A DNA stretch of 64,000 nucleotides, from positions 191,890,001-191,954,000 of the forward strand of contig NC_091988.1 in the NCBI RefSeq assembly GCF_044704955.1, in the 5' to 3' direction. Positions within the stretch are counted from its first letter, which is position 1, and every line of letters begins with the position of its first letter. The stretch is from Pristiophorus japonicus. Taxonomy: Eukaryota. Both the position numbers and the translations under genes were made by a program. Positions 24,319 through 37,894 of this stretch are shown piece after piece. The notes under the pieces are model-generated. The model searched no databases. It saw only the letters and a program-made list of their open reading frames with translations, and had not been told where the DNA came from.

Positions 24319-25124
24319 CTCAGTGCTCAAGGCTATTCCTGTGTGCAAATTATCAGAAGTGTTACGTTCCTGTTATTGCCTTTTGAATGCTTAAAATTAG
24401 CAAACCAACGTCACAAGACAGTGCAGCCAGCGCTGTTTCACTTCCCTCTGACTCTAACAAAACTTCCCAGGGAGGTTCGATGGTGACGCAGTGAATCTCA
24501 TAACTTTGTATCATTTCAATGTAAATGAGACGATTGTGTGAAATTGTGGCCAATCTAGAATTTGGGATTCACAGGTTTCACTCATCACAGAATATTATAT
24601 TCCAAATTTTTTGACTTTCTCGACTGTTCTCTTCGGTGTTTGCTTGGCTGGGGCGAACAGGGGGCAAAGGTCAATGGCAGCAGCCACTGGCAGCAATGGG
24701 TACATTCAGAACATGAATTAGGCCATTCAGCCCCTCAGGGCTACTCCACCTTTCGATCAGAGCATGGCTGATCTGCACCTCGATTCCATTTTCCCACCTT
24801 TGCTCCCTATCCCTTGATACCCTTACCCAACAAAAAATATCAGCTAGCTGCTCTCATATTTTATGATGCCATTGTTGTTCTGTGGTGGGAGTGTGGGTAG
24901 GAAATCTTTGAGCCGAATAAGACAGACAAAGAATGTGACAGAGTTTCGAAGGCATTCATTACTGAGAGGCACCCCCTCATGGCACCAGTGGGGGGGTGCG
25001 AGGATGTGGGAAGTGTCTCTCCCTTCGCCCCCTCCCCCTCAGTCTGGCCTAATTTTATTGTCGGCTTTATGATCCATTTTCTGAATAAGATTTTTGGGCA
25101 TTTTATCAGGTTGCACCTATCAAT

Positions 25125-25292
25125 TATGGCTTTCCTCATTGCTGTTTGTGGGAGCTTGCTGTGCGCAAATTGGTTGCCGCGATTCCTATATTACAACAGT
25201 GACTACACTTCAAAAAGTACTTCATTGGCTCTAAAGCGCTTTGGAACATCCTGAGGACGTGGAAGGCGCTATAGAAATGCAAGTTCTTTCTT
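25125..25292 (+). mobile_element. Deu-type SINE 3' fragment
   Basis: CATTGCTGTTTGTGGGAGCTTGC...GCGCTATAGAAATGCAAGTTCTTTC. Confidence 0.85.
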
Positions 25293-25548
25293 TTCCCCAC
25301 ACTCCAAGAGGGACCAGGTCTAGATATGGTGATAGTAAAGTCAGATGAAACTATCATTAAATGCAAAATGGAGGGAAGCACAAACCATGTATTTCCCTTG
25401 AACCTGGGGCCAGACTGAATAGACTGGGGGCGATTTTTAACCATCAGTTTCTCACCTGAAAAAATGGATAGTCAGCTGTTCAAAACCAGATTGGGGGTGG
25501 GGGTGCGTGGGGAGAGGGGGTAACCTGGCTACCTAATGCAATCATTAG

Positions 25549-25978
25549 AAAAGAAGAAAGAAAAACTTACATTTATATAGCGCCTTTCACGCCTACCGGA
25601 CGTCTCAAAGCACTTTACAGCCAATGAAATACTTTTGGAGCGTGGTTACTGTTGTAATGTAGGAAACACAGCAGCCAACTTGTGCACAGCAAGCTCCCAC
25701 AAACAGCAATGTGTTAATGACCAGATAATCTGATTTTGTTATGTTGATTGAGGGATAAGTATTGGCCAGGACACCGTGGATAACTCTCCTGCTCTTCTTT
25801 GACATCGTGCCATGGGATTTTTATGTTTACCTGGTTTAACATCTCATCCAAAAGGACAGTACAGCACTGCGCTGGAGCAGCAGCCGAGAGTTTTTTCTGC
25901 TCAAGTCCCTGGAGTGGGACTTGAACCCACAACCTTCTAGCTCAAAGGCAAGTGTGCTACCCACTGAGCCACAGCTGA
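25549..25978 (-). mobile_element. SacSINE1/Deu-type SINE (internal deletions)
   Basis: tRNA head TCAGCTGTGGCTCAGTGGG...GGGTTCAAGTCC, Deu core and tail. Confidence 0.9.
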
Positions 25979-26462
25979 TTAGGTGGGCTGATAAATGGGC
26001 GAGCAGTATGCATGCCCATTTGGGCAGGAGGCTGCTTAAATATCCCAAACATGTGCTGGCTGTCGGACCCCCGATTGCAATTTTTAGGAAGGTGCTTGCA
26101 CCACGCGGACACTGTCCATTTGCAGCAGACGACGAGAAGCCTAAAGCAGTGGTCACTCAAGAAAAAAGGCCTAGAAGTTTTTTTTTGGGTGGGGAGAACT
26201 TTTGTGGCATCAGGAGGAGCAGGAATGCACCAGCCTGACTCCGGAACAATACCGTGGAGCTCATACCTGTCTGAAAATCGGCCTCACTGGGTCCAAGGGA
26301 ATTACCAGTTCAGGAGAGGCGGCAGGGACCGGATCCTCCGAGAAGCTTCTAAATACAACTGGTGAAAGTTTAACAAAGTGGTCAATACATCTGTTCCATG
26401 TGACGCTCCATAGTACTTTCTCCCATGACCTCCACACTATAAGCTGTCAAGCTACATGTAAT

Positions 26463-27737
26463 GCCCTATCTCTGTAATCTCCTCCAGTCCTACAGCCCCC
26501 CGCCCCCCCCGCACCCCCGAGATATCTGCGCTCCTCTAATTCTGCCCTCTTGATGACACTATATGGCTGTGTGGTTGATAATGAAGAAGAAAGCTGCGGA
26601 CTGCAGGAAGATAGCAATGTATCGGTCAGGTGGGCAGAACAGTGGCAAATGAAATTCAATCCAGCTAAGTGTGAGGTGATGCATTTGGGGAGGTCTAACA
26701 AGGCAAGGGAATACACATTAAATGGTACAACACTGAAAAGTGTAGAGGAACAAAGGGACTTTGGAGTGCAGGTCCACAGATCCCTGAAAGTAGCAGGCCA
26801 GGTAGATAAGGTGGCTAAGAAGGCATATGGAAAACTTGCCTTTATTAGTCGAGGCATGGAATACAAGAGCAGGGAGGTTATGCTTGAACTGTATGCAACA
26901 CTGGTCAGGCCGCAAATGGAGTACTGTGTGCAGTAAAGATGAGATTGCACTGGAGAGGGTACAGAGGAGATTTACAAGAATGTTGCCTGGACTGGAGAAT
27001 TTTGGCTATGAGGAAAGAATAGAGATGCTGGGTCTGTTTTCTTTGGAACAGCGGAGGCTAAGGTGAGACCTAATTGAGATGTATAAAATTATGAGGGGCT
27101 TGGATAGAGTGGATAGGAAGGACCCGTTTCCCTTGGCAGAGGGATTAATAACCAGGGGGCATAGATTTAAAGAAATTGGGGGGCAGTTTAGAGGAGATAT
27201 AAGGAAATTTCTTCACCCAGAGGGTGGTGGGAGTCTGGAACTCACTGCCTGAAAGGGTGGTAGAGGCAGGAACCCTCATCACATTTAAAAGATACTTGGA
27301 TGTGCACTTAAAGTGCCATAGCCTACAGGGCTACGGACCAAGACCTAGAGAGTGGGATTAGGCTGGATAGCTCTTGGTCGGCCGGCGCGGACATGATGGG
27401 CCGAAATAGCCTCCTTCTGTGCTGTAAATTTCTATGATTCTATGATTCCTGAGCATTCCTGATTGTAATCGCTCAACCATCGTTGGCCGAGCCTTCTGTT
27501 GCCTAGGCCCCAAGCTCTGGAACTCCTTGCCTCAACCTCTCTGCCTCTCTTTCCTCCTTCAAGACGTTCCTTAAAACCTACCTCTTTGACCAAGCTTTTG
27601 GTCACCCGCGCTAATTTCTCCTTATGTGGCTCGTTGTCAAATTTTTAATCGCATAATACTCCTGTGAGGAATAATACGCCTTGGGACGTTTCACTGCGTT
27701 AAAGGTGCTATATAAATACAAGTTGTTGTTGTTGTTG
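26463..27737 (+). mobile_element. L2 LINE 3' end split by a CR1 insertion
   Basis: L2 sequence ...CTCTTGA | TGAGCATTCC... continues across 26553-27448; ends CTATATAAATACAAG(TTG)n. Confidence 0.85.
26553..27448 (+). mobile_element. CR1 LINE 3' fragment
   Basis: WAEQWQMKFNPAKCEVMHLG...RPQMEYCVQ; (ATTCTATG)n tail. Confidence 0.93.
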
Positions 27738-28621
27738 CGTAGTGCCATTCACCTCCCCCCGCCCCTCCCCCGATCCACCATGCTCAACACCGACATCCCT
27801 TCCGCAGCACTTACTAGCTATGTCCTATTCAGTAGATGCTATTGTGCCCTTCAACCAGTTCCTGCTCTCTGTAGTGACTAGCACCTTGTGCTGTGTCTTG
27901 CAGCGTGCACAGTGAGTAGTACCTTGTCCTCCACAGTTCTGCCATCTGTAGCATCTACTGACCTCAATAGTCTGTTGCTTCTCCTGCCTGTCAGCAAGCT
28001 AATTGACTTTTAAATGTATTTAAGAAATATGTGGAGAACTTGTTTCCTGCTAGTTAGTACATTTTCTGATTAAAAAAAAAATGGAAAGTCATAAATATTT
28101 ATGCTGCGTTGTAAAAAGCTTTTCTTCCATTGCACCACCTTCCATTCCTGCTCACTTGGAATCTATTTGTGATTGCAGATTGCAAACTCCAAAGATCACA
28201 GTGAGAAAAGGACATCTTTCCAGCACTTAATGCATCATAAATGGGTTGCACATTGAAATACAACAGAGGGAGAGCAGATAAGCTTTGCAGTTGGTCAGTG
28301 ATCTCTCCTAATGATTTTTGGGCTTTGCTGGTAAAATACTTTGTTTCTGTTTAGGGTGTTGTCTCTCTCATTTTCTTCCCTTATCTCCCCTCCGTTACTG
28401 TAAGTGCGAAGCGATGCTTATCCTCTGCTCGGTCGGTGACAGCAGCACTGCAGTGCCAAACCTGAAGGTGTGTCAGCTTAGGCAGTGTGACTTGGCAAGC
28501 TATTCAACTGTAGGGGCACAGCCAAACCCAATGCACTTCTCACCTTTCCAGCAGATAGCAATTAGGAGCAGGCTAATCCTTCCTCATTCTGGCCCAGGAG
28601 TACAGAAATTCTAGTGCTCCT

Positions 28622-29010
28622 AATAAGAACATAAGAAATGGGAGCAGGAGTAGGCCATTTGGCCCCTCGAGCCTGCTCCGCCATTCAATAAGATCATGGC
28701 TGATCTGATCTTGGTCTCAACTCCACTTTGTTGCCTGTTCCCCATAACCCTTGAAACCCCTGTAGTTCAAGAATCTGTCTATCTCAGCCTTGACAATACT
28801 CAATGACCCAGCCTCCACAGCTCTCTGGAGCAGAGAATTCCAAAGATTCATAACCCTCTGAGAGAAGAAATTCCTCCTCATCTGCGTCTTAAATGGGCAA
28901 CTCCTGATTCTGAAACTATGCCCCCTAGTTCTAGATTCCCCCACGAGGGCATCTCTTAGCATCTACCCTGTCAAGCCCCCTTGGAATCTTACATATTTCA
29001 ATAAAATCAT
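28622..29010 (-). mobile_element. CR1 3' fragment
   Basis: GESRTRGHSFRIR...RNFFSQRVMNLWNSL; CATAAGAA tail. Confidence 0.92.
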
Positions 29011-29444
29011 TCTTATAAATGGTGCTCCAGCTTAAACCAATGGACTCAGTACAGACCAGGGAAGGTCCTGGTCTATATAGCTCAGGCAGTGTATTACGCT
29101 CGAAGCCAATGAAGAAGCTCGGTGATAGGCAACAAGCAGGCTGTCCTTTACATTAACCCAGTTGGATTCCACTTGGAGTTTCTCTGCATATTGTGAAGTA
29201 GCCGTTAGGGAGAGAACAGTGAAGAGGTACGGATTGTACGGTTCCATCGGATGAACGAAGAGTGGTTAAAACACTCTTAGGTCGCTGCATTGAAGGAATT
29301 CTCCAATCCTGATTAAAAATAAAGACACGATCACTAGTCCTATTGAAGAAAATTATCTGATTAAGCTTTCCAAATCTTTCTTCTAAACTGGGCCATTTTA
29401 AATTGTTGTGCTTGCAACTTTCTGTACCATTAAACTTCTGTAAG

Positions 29445-29872
29445 TGTCAGCTGTAGCTCAGTGGGTAGCATCCTTGCCTCTGAGTCAAGTCCCACCCCAG
29501 AGACTTGAGCACATAAATCTAGGTTGACACTCCAGTGCAGTGCTGAGGGAGTGCTACACTGTCAGAGGTGCCGTCTGTCAGATGAGATGTTAAACGAGGC
29601 CCCCTCTGCCCTCTCAGGTGGATGTAAAAGATCCCTTGGTTCTATTTTGAAGAAGAGCAGGGAAGTTATCCCTGGTATCCTGGCCCACAATCAACATAAC
29701 AAAAACAGAATGTCTAGTCATTATCACATTGCTGTTTGTGGGAGCTTGCTGTGCACAAGTTGGCTGCCGCATTTCCCACATTACAACAGTGACTACAATT
29801 GGCTATAAAGTGCTTTGAGACATCCGGCGGTCATGAAAGGCGCTATATAAATGCAAGTCTTTCTTTCTCTCT
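29445..29872 (+). mobile_element. SacSINE1/Deu-type SINE
   Basis: GTCAGCTGTAGCTCAGTGGG head, Deu core, ATATAAATGCAAGTCTTTC tail. Confidence 0.9.
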
Positions 29873-30779
29873 CCAAATTTCTTTAGCCAATTCTTTTTCT
29901 TAATTCCCTTTTCTCTTCAATTCCTTTTACCTGTCCCTAATTTTCCTGATTCACTTGTTCCGCCTAGTCGCTATGCTCTCATACTTTTTATGCATATTCC
30001 TTTATCCCAACCCTTTATCTAACCTTTTATATTTCATTTATCACACTCTGTTTATCTGATTCTTCCTCACAGTGGCGGAGTGAGTGGTTTAATCAGATGA
30101 GCAGGTAGAAACTTAGCAACTCACCTGTATTTATCTCACTGCTCTTGACCTCTCGGTTCCTGGTTCTGTGATCGGAATAGTGATTCCCATATACCAGTAT
30201 TCCAAATATGCAATTCTCATATAATAGATCAACTAAGAAACAGAATATGTGGCAGGAAAGAGTCAGCTCACTTACAAAAGTATAGGATTATAAGCGATCC
30301 ATTTACATCCATCTACATCAGTGTTGTCTAATACCTTAGCCACGATTCCAACTATGGCCAATTGGGAATCCAGTTGTGGCTATTTGCATTTTTGATTCGT
30401 AAATTAAAAATGAATAATAGACGGCCTCATTGGTCATGTGATCCCAATACTCATATTTGCATGGGGTCTGCATGTGAACTTTAACCTTGTGTGTTTATTG
30501 GTAAAATGGTATGATAAAAACAAGAGCATGTGAATGTATTTTAAGCATTGTGTGTGGTTTACTTTCTTGGTTACTGCTTATTGGTATCTTTTAAAATGAT
30601 GAGTAACACACATGAAAGTTTCGGACATCAGCACAATGGAAACACCAGCAACATTTTATAGAGGGGGAAATTGTTAGCATGGTTAGCTTGACCAATCGGA
30701 ATAACCGTACCAGACCAGCAGAAGAATGGAAGTCCAACCAATAACGAGCAGCTCCAACAGGGGAAACTAAAACTAGGGT

Positions 30780-31078
30780 AGACATAGAATAAGGGGCCAC
30801 AAATTTAAAACTGAGATGAGGAGAAATTTCTTCTCTCAGAGGGTTGTAAATCTATGGAATTCTCTGCCCCAGGGAGCTGTGGAGGCTGGGTCATTGAATA
30901 TATTTAAGGCGGAGATTGACAGATTTTTGAGCGATAAGGGAGCAAAGGGTTATGGGGAGAGGGCGGGGAAGTGGAGCTGAGTCCACGATCAAATCAGCCA
31001 TGACTTTATTAAATGGTGGAGCAGGCTCGAGTGGCCAGGTAGCCTACTGCTGCTCCTGTTTCTTATGCTCTTATGTCA
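30780..31078 (+). mobile_element. CR1 3' fragment
   Basis: FKTEMRRNFFSQRVVNLWNSLPQ plus 3'UTR. Confidence 0.9.
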
Positions 31079-31427
31079 TGGTAAAGAGCATGTAGCATCC
31101 AACTGTGTTCTGGATGTGGAGCAGAGATGGGTCTGGATGGAGAGAGGTGGCGGGGGGGGGGCAGTGGTCTGGATAGGGAGCAGGGGCGAGTATTGATGGA
31201 GAGCTGGGTGGGTCGGGATGGAGAGTAAGGGAGGGTCTCGCACATCTCATTGTGCAAGTAAACATTCTTAGTAACCACTGAGGAAGTTAAAGTATCGCTT
31301 GCAACTGCTGGACAAAAACTTAGAAGCTACACGAAGGTGTGCTTTATCTAATAAATTCATGGCAGAATTCCAAACTTTGGTGTAGAAAAAGAACTGAAAA
31401 GTTTTGCACTGAGTGGCAGTAGTCAAT

Positions 31428-32173
31428 GGGGCTAAAGTTCTGGTCAGAGGCTTCCTTCGGACCAACGCCTCCAACCCAACATTTTTTGCGCAAGTACCTG
31501 GTGGCCCCGGAGACGCCTTCGATTGCGGTCGGAGGCCTTCATTCACTGCGCAGCGTACGGGGACAGGATTTTCCCGTACGTACGGACACGCTAGAGTCAC
31601 GTGGGCCTGGACCACCAATCACTCGGCAGTAATGCCATTGATAATAATGGGAACGCCGTTTCTCTGAGTTCCCATTATTATCAATGAGAATAAACCCCGT
31701 AGACAAAAAAACACAACATAATAAATAAATAAAACACCTCACATATTTAAAATTAATTAAAATTAAAGTTTTCGAGAAAAAAATATTATTTGAATTTTTT
31801 TAATGTGTTTTAATACGGTTTAAAATAAACTTGCTTTAACGGACAGGGTTTTTAACGCAAAAATGTGTTTTTAAATTTAATTTTTTTATGTTTTAAAACT
31901 CTTACACTGGTAAAAGTAGGCTGTCCGCCTGCTTTTACCAGGCGTAAGAGTTTGAAGGACTTTCTCTGGGCATGATTTGGGCAAATAGCCCAATCTCGGC
32001 CGTGCGAATGTGCTTCTCACAGGGATGCGGAGGATCTTTAAGAGAAATCTCGACAGATCGGAAAAGTTGGTTTTCGGCACATGCGCATTGTACCCCAGAA
32101 ACCGGCTTTTGCGAGGCCTCGCGGGGTCCGTGCGCTCATCGTACAGAGCTGGCAAGGCCGGAATTTTAGCCCC
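31428..32173. mobile_element. Non-autonomous Harbinger-like DNA transposon
   Basis: TIRs GGGGCTAAAGTTCTGG / CCGGAATTTTAGCCCC; GC-rich arms with an AT-rich centre; TSD ambiguous. Confidence 0.8.
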
Positions 32174-32223
32174 ATGAAGTAAATAGAGGCATAAAGTGCA
32201 TTTATTATTATGTTCAAAGTATT

Positions 32224-32750
32224 GCGGTGGCTCATTGGTAGCACTCTCGCCTCCAGAAGGCTGTAAGTTCAATTTGCCACTCCAGATACTTGAGCACAAA
32301 AGTCTAGGATGACACTCCAAGGAAGTGCTGTACAATCGGAGGTGCCGTCTTTCAGATGAGATGTTAAACCAAGGTCCAGTTTGTCCTCTCAGGTGGACAT
32401 AAAAGAATGTGAAAGGAGATCTCCCTGATGAAATCAATATTAATTCCTCAACCAACATCATTGAAACAAATTATCTGGTCTTTATCACATTGCTGTTTGA
32501 ATATCAGGTCCTTCATTGAAATATCTGCAACTCAACGCTTTTGGTGTGGAAGCAAGTCATCCTCGTTTGAGGGACCGCCTATGATGATGATGCTGTTTGT
32601 GAGATCTTCATGTGCACAAATTGTCTGCTACGTTTCCTACAATACACAACAGGGACTACACTACAAAATGACTTAATTAACTGTAAAGTGCTTTGGGATG
32701 TTCTGAGATTGTGAAAGCTGATATATAAATGGAAGGCTGTCTTTCTTTTC
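32224..32750 (+). mobile_element. Deu-type SINE carrying an RTE-tailed insertion (32500-32590)
   Basis: SINE head, core and tail present; insert ends (ATG)n and has 9-bp TSD TGCTGTTTG (32491-32499 / 32591-32599). Confidence 0.88.
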
Positions 32751-32967
32751 TATTAAAAATGGCTGTGGCTACGCCACGATTTCTGTTGGATTACACTGAT
32801 CAACATGTTCCCAGAGAACTACAGGACTATTGGGTAACAGTAAATATTGATAGCGTTTATGACCCGTTCCAGGACCTGTTTCATTGACTAAAAATGAGAG
32901 AGAAGCAGCAAAGTATAACACATGAACACCTGCCCACACTAAGAATAGGTGACTGGTAGAGTAGTAT

Positions 32968-33203
32968 TACAACAACTTGCATTTATATAGTGCCTTTATT
33001 GTAGTAAAACATCCCAAAGCGCTTCACAGGAGCGATTATCAAACAAAATTTGACACCAAGCCACATAGGGGTTATTAGGACAGGTGACCAAATGCAAAGA
33101 GATAGGTTTAAGGAGCACCTTAAAGGAGAGGGAGGTAGAGAGGTGGCGAGGTTTAGGGAGGGAATTTCAGAGCTTAGGCAGCTGAAGGTATGGCCACCAA
33201 TGG
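32968..33203 (-). mobile_element. L2 3' end
   Basis: ACAACAACTTGCATTTATATAGTGCC tail and L2 3'UTR. Confidence 0.85.
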
Positions 33204-33965
33204 CCATTGTTTAGGATGACAAGAGGAAGGGAAAGAAGTTCACAGGCCCCCTCTTGACTTCATATAAACACAATTTGAATCAAGAAATCTTTAAAATTCA
33301 CTGTCTACAATTATGGTAACACATCGCCTTTTATTGGACAGGCACTGAGTTCTGTGAATCTAGCCAGACTGACTGGAACAACCCAAGTGCTGTTAGTCTT
33401 TCCTAATCAGCTGAGGGGGGGAGTTCCTGCAAGAGGACACATCAACCCCGTAAAGATTTATAACACTTTGAAATATAAATAAGAAAGTGGATACTGGAGC
33501 GTTCCAACCACTGAAGATACTTTACTGACAGATTCTTGTCCAAGGTGTCCTTATGCAGAATTTGAAATGATTAGTCAGAGCTTTGCACAATAAATACACC
33601 AATACTCGGTAACCATGAAGATGGGCATCTCTACTGTAATGTTTAATAAGATTGCACATAACCAAATACCTGGGACAAGCTTGTAATATAAACCAATGGT
33701 TGTTGTAGAATAGTAAAACTGAGACTGAAGCTTGCGCACTTTATAGAACATTATCCGAGCCCTAAATCTGCATCGCTATCTTGAAACCTTTCCCAAATAA
33801 TTATTATTTTATGCTGTGTACAAAACATGATGGATATGTGGGGGGAAAAAAAGTTAAAATGCAAATGAAAGACTGATCTCATGGTTCCAATAACATTGTC
33901 GAGTAATCTGTATGATCTGATTTGTGATGTCACTGAGAGGGAATTACAGTCATTCGTGATATAAG

Positions 33966-35850
33966 CATAGAAACATAGAAAATAGGTGCAGGAGTAAGCC
34001 ATTTGGGCCTTCGAGCCTGCACCGCCATTCAATGAGTTCATGGCTGAACATGCAACTTCAGTACCCCATTCCTGCTTTCTCGCCATACCCCTTGATCCCC
34101 CTAGTAGTAAGGACTACATCTAGCTCCTTTTTGAATATATTTAGTGAATTGGCCTCTTCAAATTTCTGTGGTCGAGAATTCCACAGATTCACCACTCTCT
34201 GGGTGAAGAAGTTTCTCCTCATCTCGGTCCTAAATGGCTTACCCCTTATCCTTACACTGTGACCCCCTGGTTCTGGACTTCCCCAACATTGGGAACATTC
34301 TTCCTGAATCTGACCTGTCTAAACCCGTCAGAAATTTAAACGTTTCTATAAGATCCCCTCTCATTCTTCTGAACTCCAGTGAATACAAGCCCAGTTGATC
34401 CAGTCTTTCTTGATATGTCAGTTCCGCCATCCCGGGAATCAGTCTGGTGAACCTTCGCTGCACTCCCTCAGTAGCAAGAATGTCCTTCCTCAAGTTAGGA
34501 GACAAAAACTGTACACAATACTGCAGGTGTGGCCTCACCAAGGCCCTGTACAACTGTAATAACACCTCCATGCCCCGTACTCAAATCCCCTCGCTATGAA
34601 GGCCAACATGCCATTTGCTTTCTTAACCGCCTGCTGTACCTACATGCCAACCTTCAATGAATGATGTACCATGACACCCAGCTCTCGTTGCACCTCCCCT
34701 TTTCCTAATCTGTCACCATTCAGATAATAGTCTGTCTCTCTGTTTTTACCACCAAAGTGGATAACCTCACCACATTATACTTCATCTGCCATGCATTTGC
34801 CCACTCACCTAACCTATCCAAGTCACTCTGCAGCCTCATAGCATCCTCCTCGCAGCTCACACTGCCACCCAACTTAGTGTCATTCGCAAATTTGGAGATA
34901 CTACATTTAATCCCCTCGCCTAAATCATTAATGTACAATGTAAACAGCTGGGGCCCCAGCACAGAACCTTGCGGTACCCCACTAGTCACTGCCTGCCATT
35001 CTGAAAAGTACCCATTTACTCCTACTCTTTGCTTCCTGTCTGCCAACCAGTTCTCAATCCACGTCAGCACACTAACCCCAATCCCATGTGCTTTAACTTC
35101 GCACATTAATCTCTTGTGTGGGACCTTGTCGAAAGCCTTCTGAAAATCCAAATACACCACATCAACTGGTTCTCCCTTGTCCACTCTACTGGAAACATCC
35201 TCAAAAAATTCCAGAAGATTTGTCAAGCATGATTTCCCTTTCACAAATCCATACTGACTTGGACCTATCATGTCACCTCTTTCCAAATGCACTGCTATGA
35301 CATCCTTAATAATTGATTCCATCATTTTACCCACTACCGATGTCAGGCTGACCGGTCTATAATTCCCTGTTTTCTCTCTCCCTCCTTTTTTAAAAAGTGG
35401 GGTTACATTGGCTACCCTCCACTCCATAGGAACTGATCCAGAGTCTATGGAATGTTGGAAAATGACTGTCAATGCATCCGCTATTTTCAAGGCCACCTCC
35501 TTAAGTACTCTGGGATGCAGTCCATCAGGCCCTGGGGATTTATCGGCCTTCAATCCCATCAATCTCCCCAACACAATTTCCCGACTAATAAGGATTTCCC
35601 TCAGTTCCTCCTCCTTACTAGACCCTCTGACCCCTTTTATATCCGGAAGGTTGTTTGTGTCCTCCTTAATGAATACCGAACCAAAGTACTTGTTCAATTG
35701 GTCTGCCATTTCTTTGTTCCCAGTTATGACTTCCCCTGATTCTGACTGCAGGGGACCTACGTTTGTCTTTACTAACCTTTTTCTCTTTACATACCTATAG
35801 AAACTTTTGCAGTCCGTTTTAATGTTCCCTGCAGTCTTCCTCTCGTACTC
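33966..35850 (-). mobile_element. CR1 LINE, 5'-truncated, same subfamily as 14430 and 37895
   Basis: ORF 34720-35985 contains the tether and RT (catalytic FADD mutated to FAND); several indels. Confidence 0.96.
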
Positions 35851-36135
35851 AGGTTCATGATACAGTATTGCATAGCTGGTAATGGTGGATAGGAGTTGCC
35901 ACTCAAAATGGTTGATGGCAGTATTTAACCGCATAAGAACTGGAAATCCATAGGAACCATGGATGCGAAGATGGTAAATCCACATTTACCAGAATGCATA
36001 TTTACACAGTGGCAATGTACTTGTATTATTTCAATACATTGCATCAGCCCCATTGAGCATTGGCTACCTGCAGTAGATATGGATCATGCCTTGCAGTAGT
36101 TGATGTTAGTATATGCATATAATTTTACAAAGTAT

Positions 36136-37574
36136 AGTGCTGGGTTTGAGGTCCCGGTCTTCAAACATTCTCTTCCTCAGGTGACCGAAGGCTGCACTGG
36201 CACACTGAAGCCAGTGTTGGACATCCTCGTTGATGTCTGCTCTTGTTGACAGTAGGCTCCCGAGGTATGGAAAATGGTCCACGTTGTCCAAGGTCACGTC
36301 ATGGATTTTGATAACTGGGGAGCAGTGCTGTGTGACGGGTTCAGGTTGGTAGATGACCTTTGTCTTACGGATGTTGAGTGTAAGGCCCATGCTCTCGTAC
36401 GCTTCAGTGAAGCAGTTGACGATGGCTTGGAGTTCGACCTCCGATTATGCGCAGATGCAAGCTTCATCTGCGTACTGTAATTCCATGACAAAGGATAGAA
36501 TGACCTTGGATCTGGCCTGCAGTCAGCGGAGGTTGAACAGTTTCCCGTTTGTTCTGTACATTAGCTCTATTCCAGCGGGGAGCTTACTGAGGGCGAGATG
36601 GAGCATTGCAGCAAGGAAGATCGAGAAGAGCGTTGGTGCGATGACACAGCCTTGCTTGACTCTGGTCCAAATGTGGATTGGGTCTGTGGTGGATCCACTG
36701 GTCAGGATCACGGCTTGCATTTCATCGTGAAACAGGCAAAGGATGGTGACAAACTTTGGAGGGCAGCCGAATTTGAGGAGGATGCTCCATTATCCCTCAT
36801 GGTTGACAGTGTTGAAGGCCTTTGTGAGGTCGAGGAAGGCCATGTACAGGGGTTGGTGCTGTTCCCTGCATTTTTCTTGGATTTGCCACGCGCTGAAGTT
36901 CAGGACCTCAAACCCGGCACCAAGCTCATGATCTACAGGGCAGTAGTGATACCCACGCTCCTATATGGATCAGAGACATGGACTATGTACAGCAGGCACC
37001 ACAAAACACTGGAGAAGTACCACCAATGCTGCCTCCGCAAGATCCTGCAAATCTATTGGCAGGATAGGCGCACCAACGTCAGTGTTCTCGCACAGGCCAA
37101 CATCCCCAGCATCGAAGCACTGACCACGCTCTATCAGCTCCGATGGACAGGCCACATCGTCCGCATGCCCGATACAAGACTCCCAAAACAAGCGCTCTAC
37201 TCAGAACTTCGACACGGAAAGTGAGCCCCAGGTGGGCAGAGGAAATGCTTCAAGGACACCCTCAAAGCCTTCTTGAAAAAGTGCAACATCCCCACCGACA
37301 CCTGGGAATCCCTGGCCCAAGACTGTTCAAAGTGGAGGAAAAGCATCCGGGAGGGCGTCGAACACCTCGAGTTTCTTCGCCGGGAGCAAGCTGAAACCAA
37401 ATGTAGACAGTGGAAGGAGCACACGGCAACACAGGCGCCCCAACCACCTGTTCCTTCAATCACCTGTGACAGAGACCGAAAGGCCCGCATCGGACTCTTC
37501 AGTCACCTAAGAACTCATTTATTATGTGGAAGCAAGTCATTCTCGACTCCTAAGGACTGCCTAAGAAGAGGAAG
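36136..37574 (+). mobile_element. RTE/BovB-like LINE with inverted 5' segment (36136-~36893 minus; ~36894-37574 plus)
   Basis: Minus piece: RT core (VKQGCVIAPTLFS, YAD, DHFPYLGS) ending at DRDLKPST; plus piece resumes at QDLKPGTKL and runs to the 3' tail. Confidence 0.9.
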
Positions 37575-37584
37575 ACAATGTCTG

Positions 37585-37800
37585 TTAAAATGCATATTGT
37601 TTAACCGTGAATGATATGTTATCGTGCATATTGTGTTACAATGTATGCTGTGTTATAATGCATATTATATTACTTTGGAAGGTGTGTTATAATGCATATT
37701 GTGTTATAATGGAAGGTGTGTTATAATGCATATTGTGTTACAATGGAAGGTGTGTTATAATGCATATTGTGTTACAATGTGTGATATGCATTATAATTAA
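37585..37800. repeat. AT-rich 17-bp minisatellite
   Basis: Alternating TGCATATTGTGTTATAA and TGGAAGGTGTGTTATAA units. Confidence 0.85.
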
Positions 37801-37894
37801 TGGTGTGCATAATGTATATAGTGATACAGCATGTGGTAGATGTTCATTTAGGAATATCTGGCTGATGCAGATTGCATCTTTCAGGCTAGTTCAT

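Noticed and set aside
23632-24386. Pro-rich and Gly-rich ORFs resembling extensin or formin
   Set aside because: They are translations of the C-run minisatellite, open on both strands, with no exon support.
29153-29308. Minus-strand terminal exon candidate (DWRIPSMQRPKSV...GIQLG*) after a good acceptor
   Set aside because: Peptide not recognised and no partner exons found.
35851-35985. Novel N-terminus on the 421-aa CR1 ORF
   Set aside because: Chance open flanking sequence upstream of the CR1 truncation point; the RT also has FADD mutated to FAND.
36598-37224. 208-aa ORF as a novel fusion protein
   Set aside because: It is antisense RTE read through the inversion junction into sense RTE.
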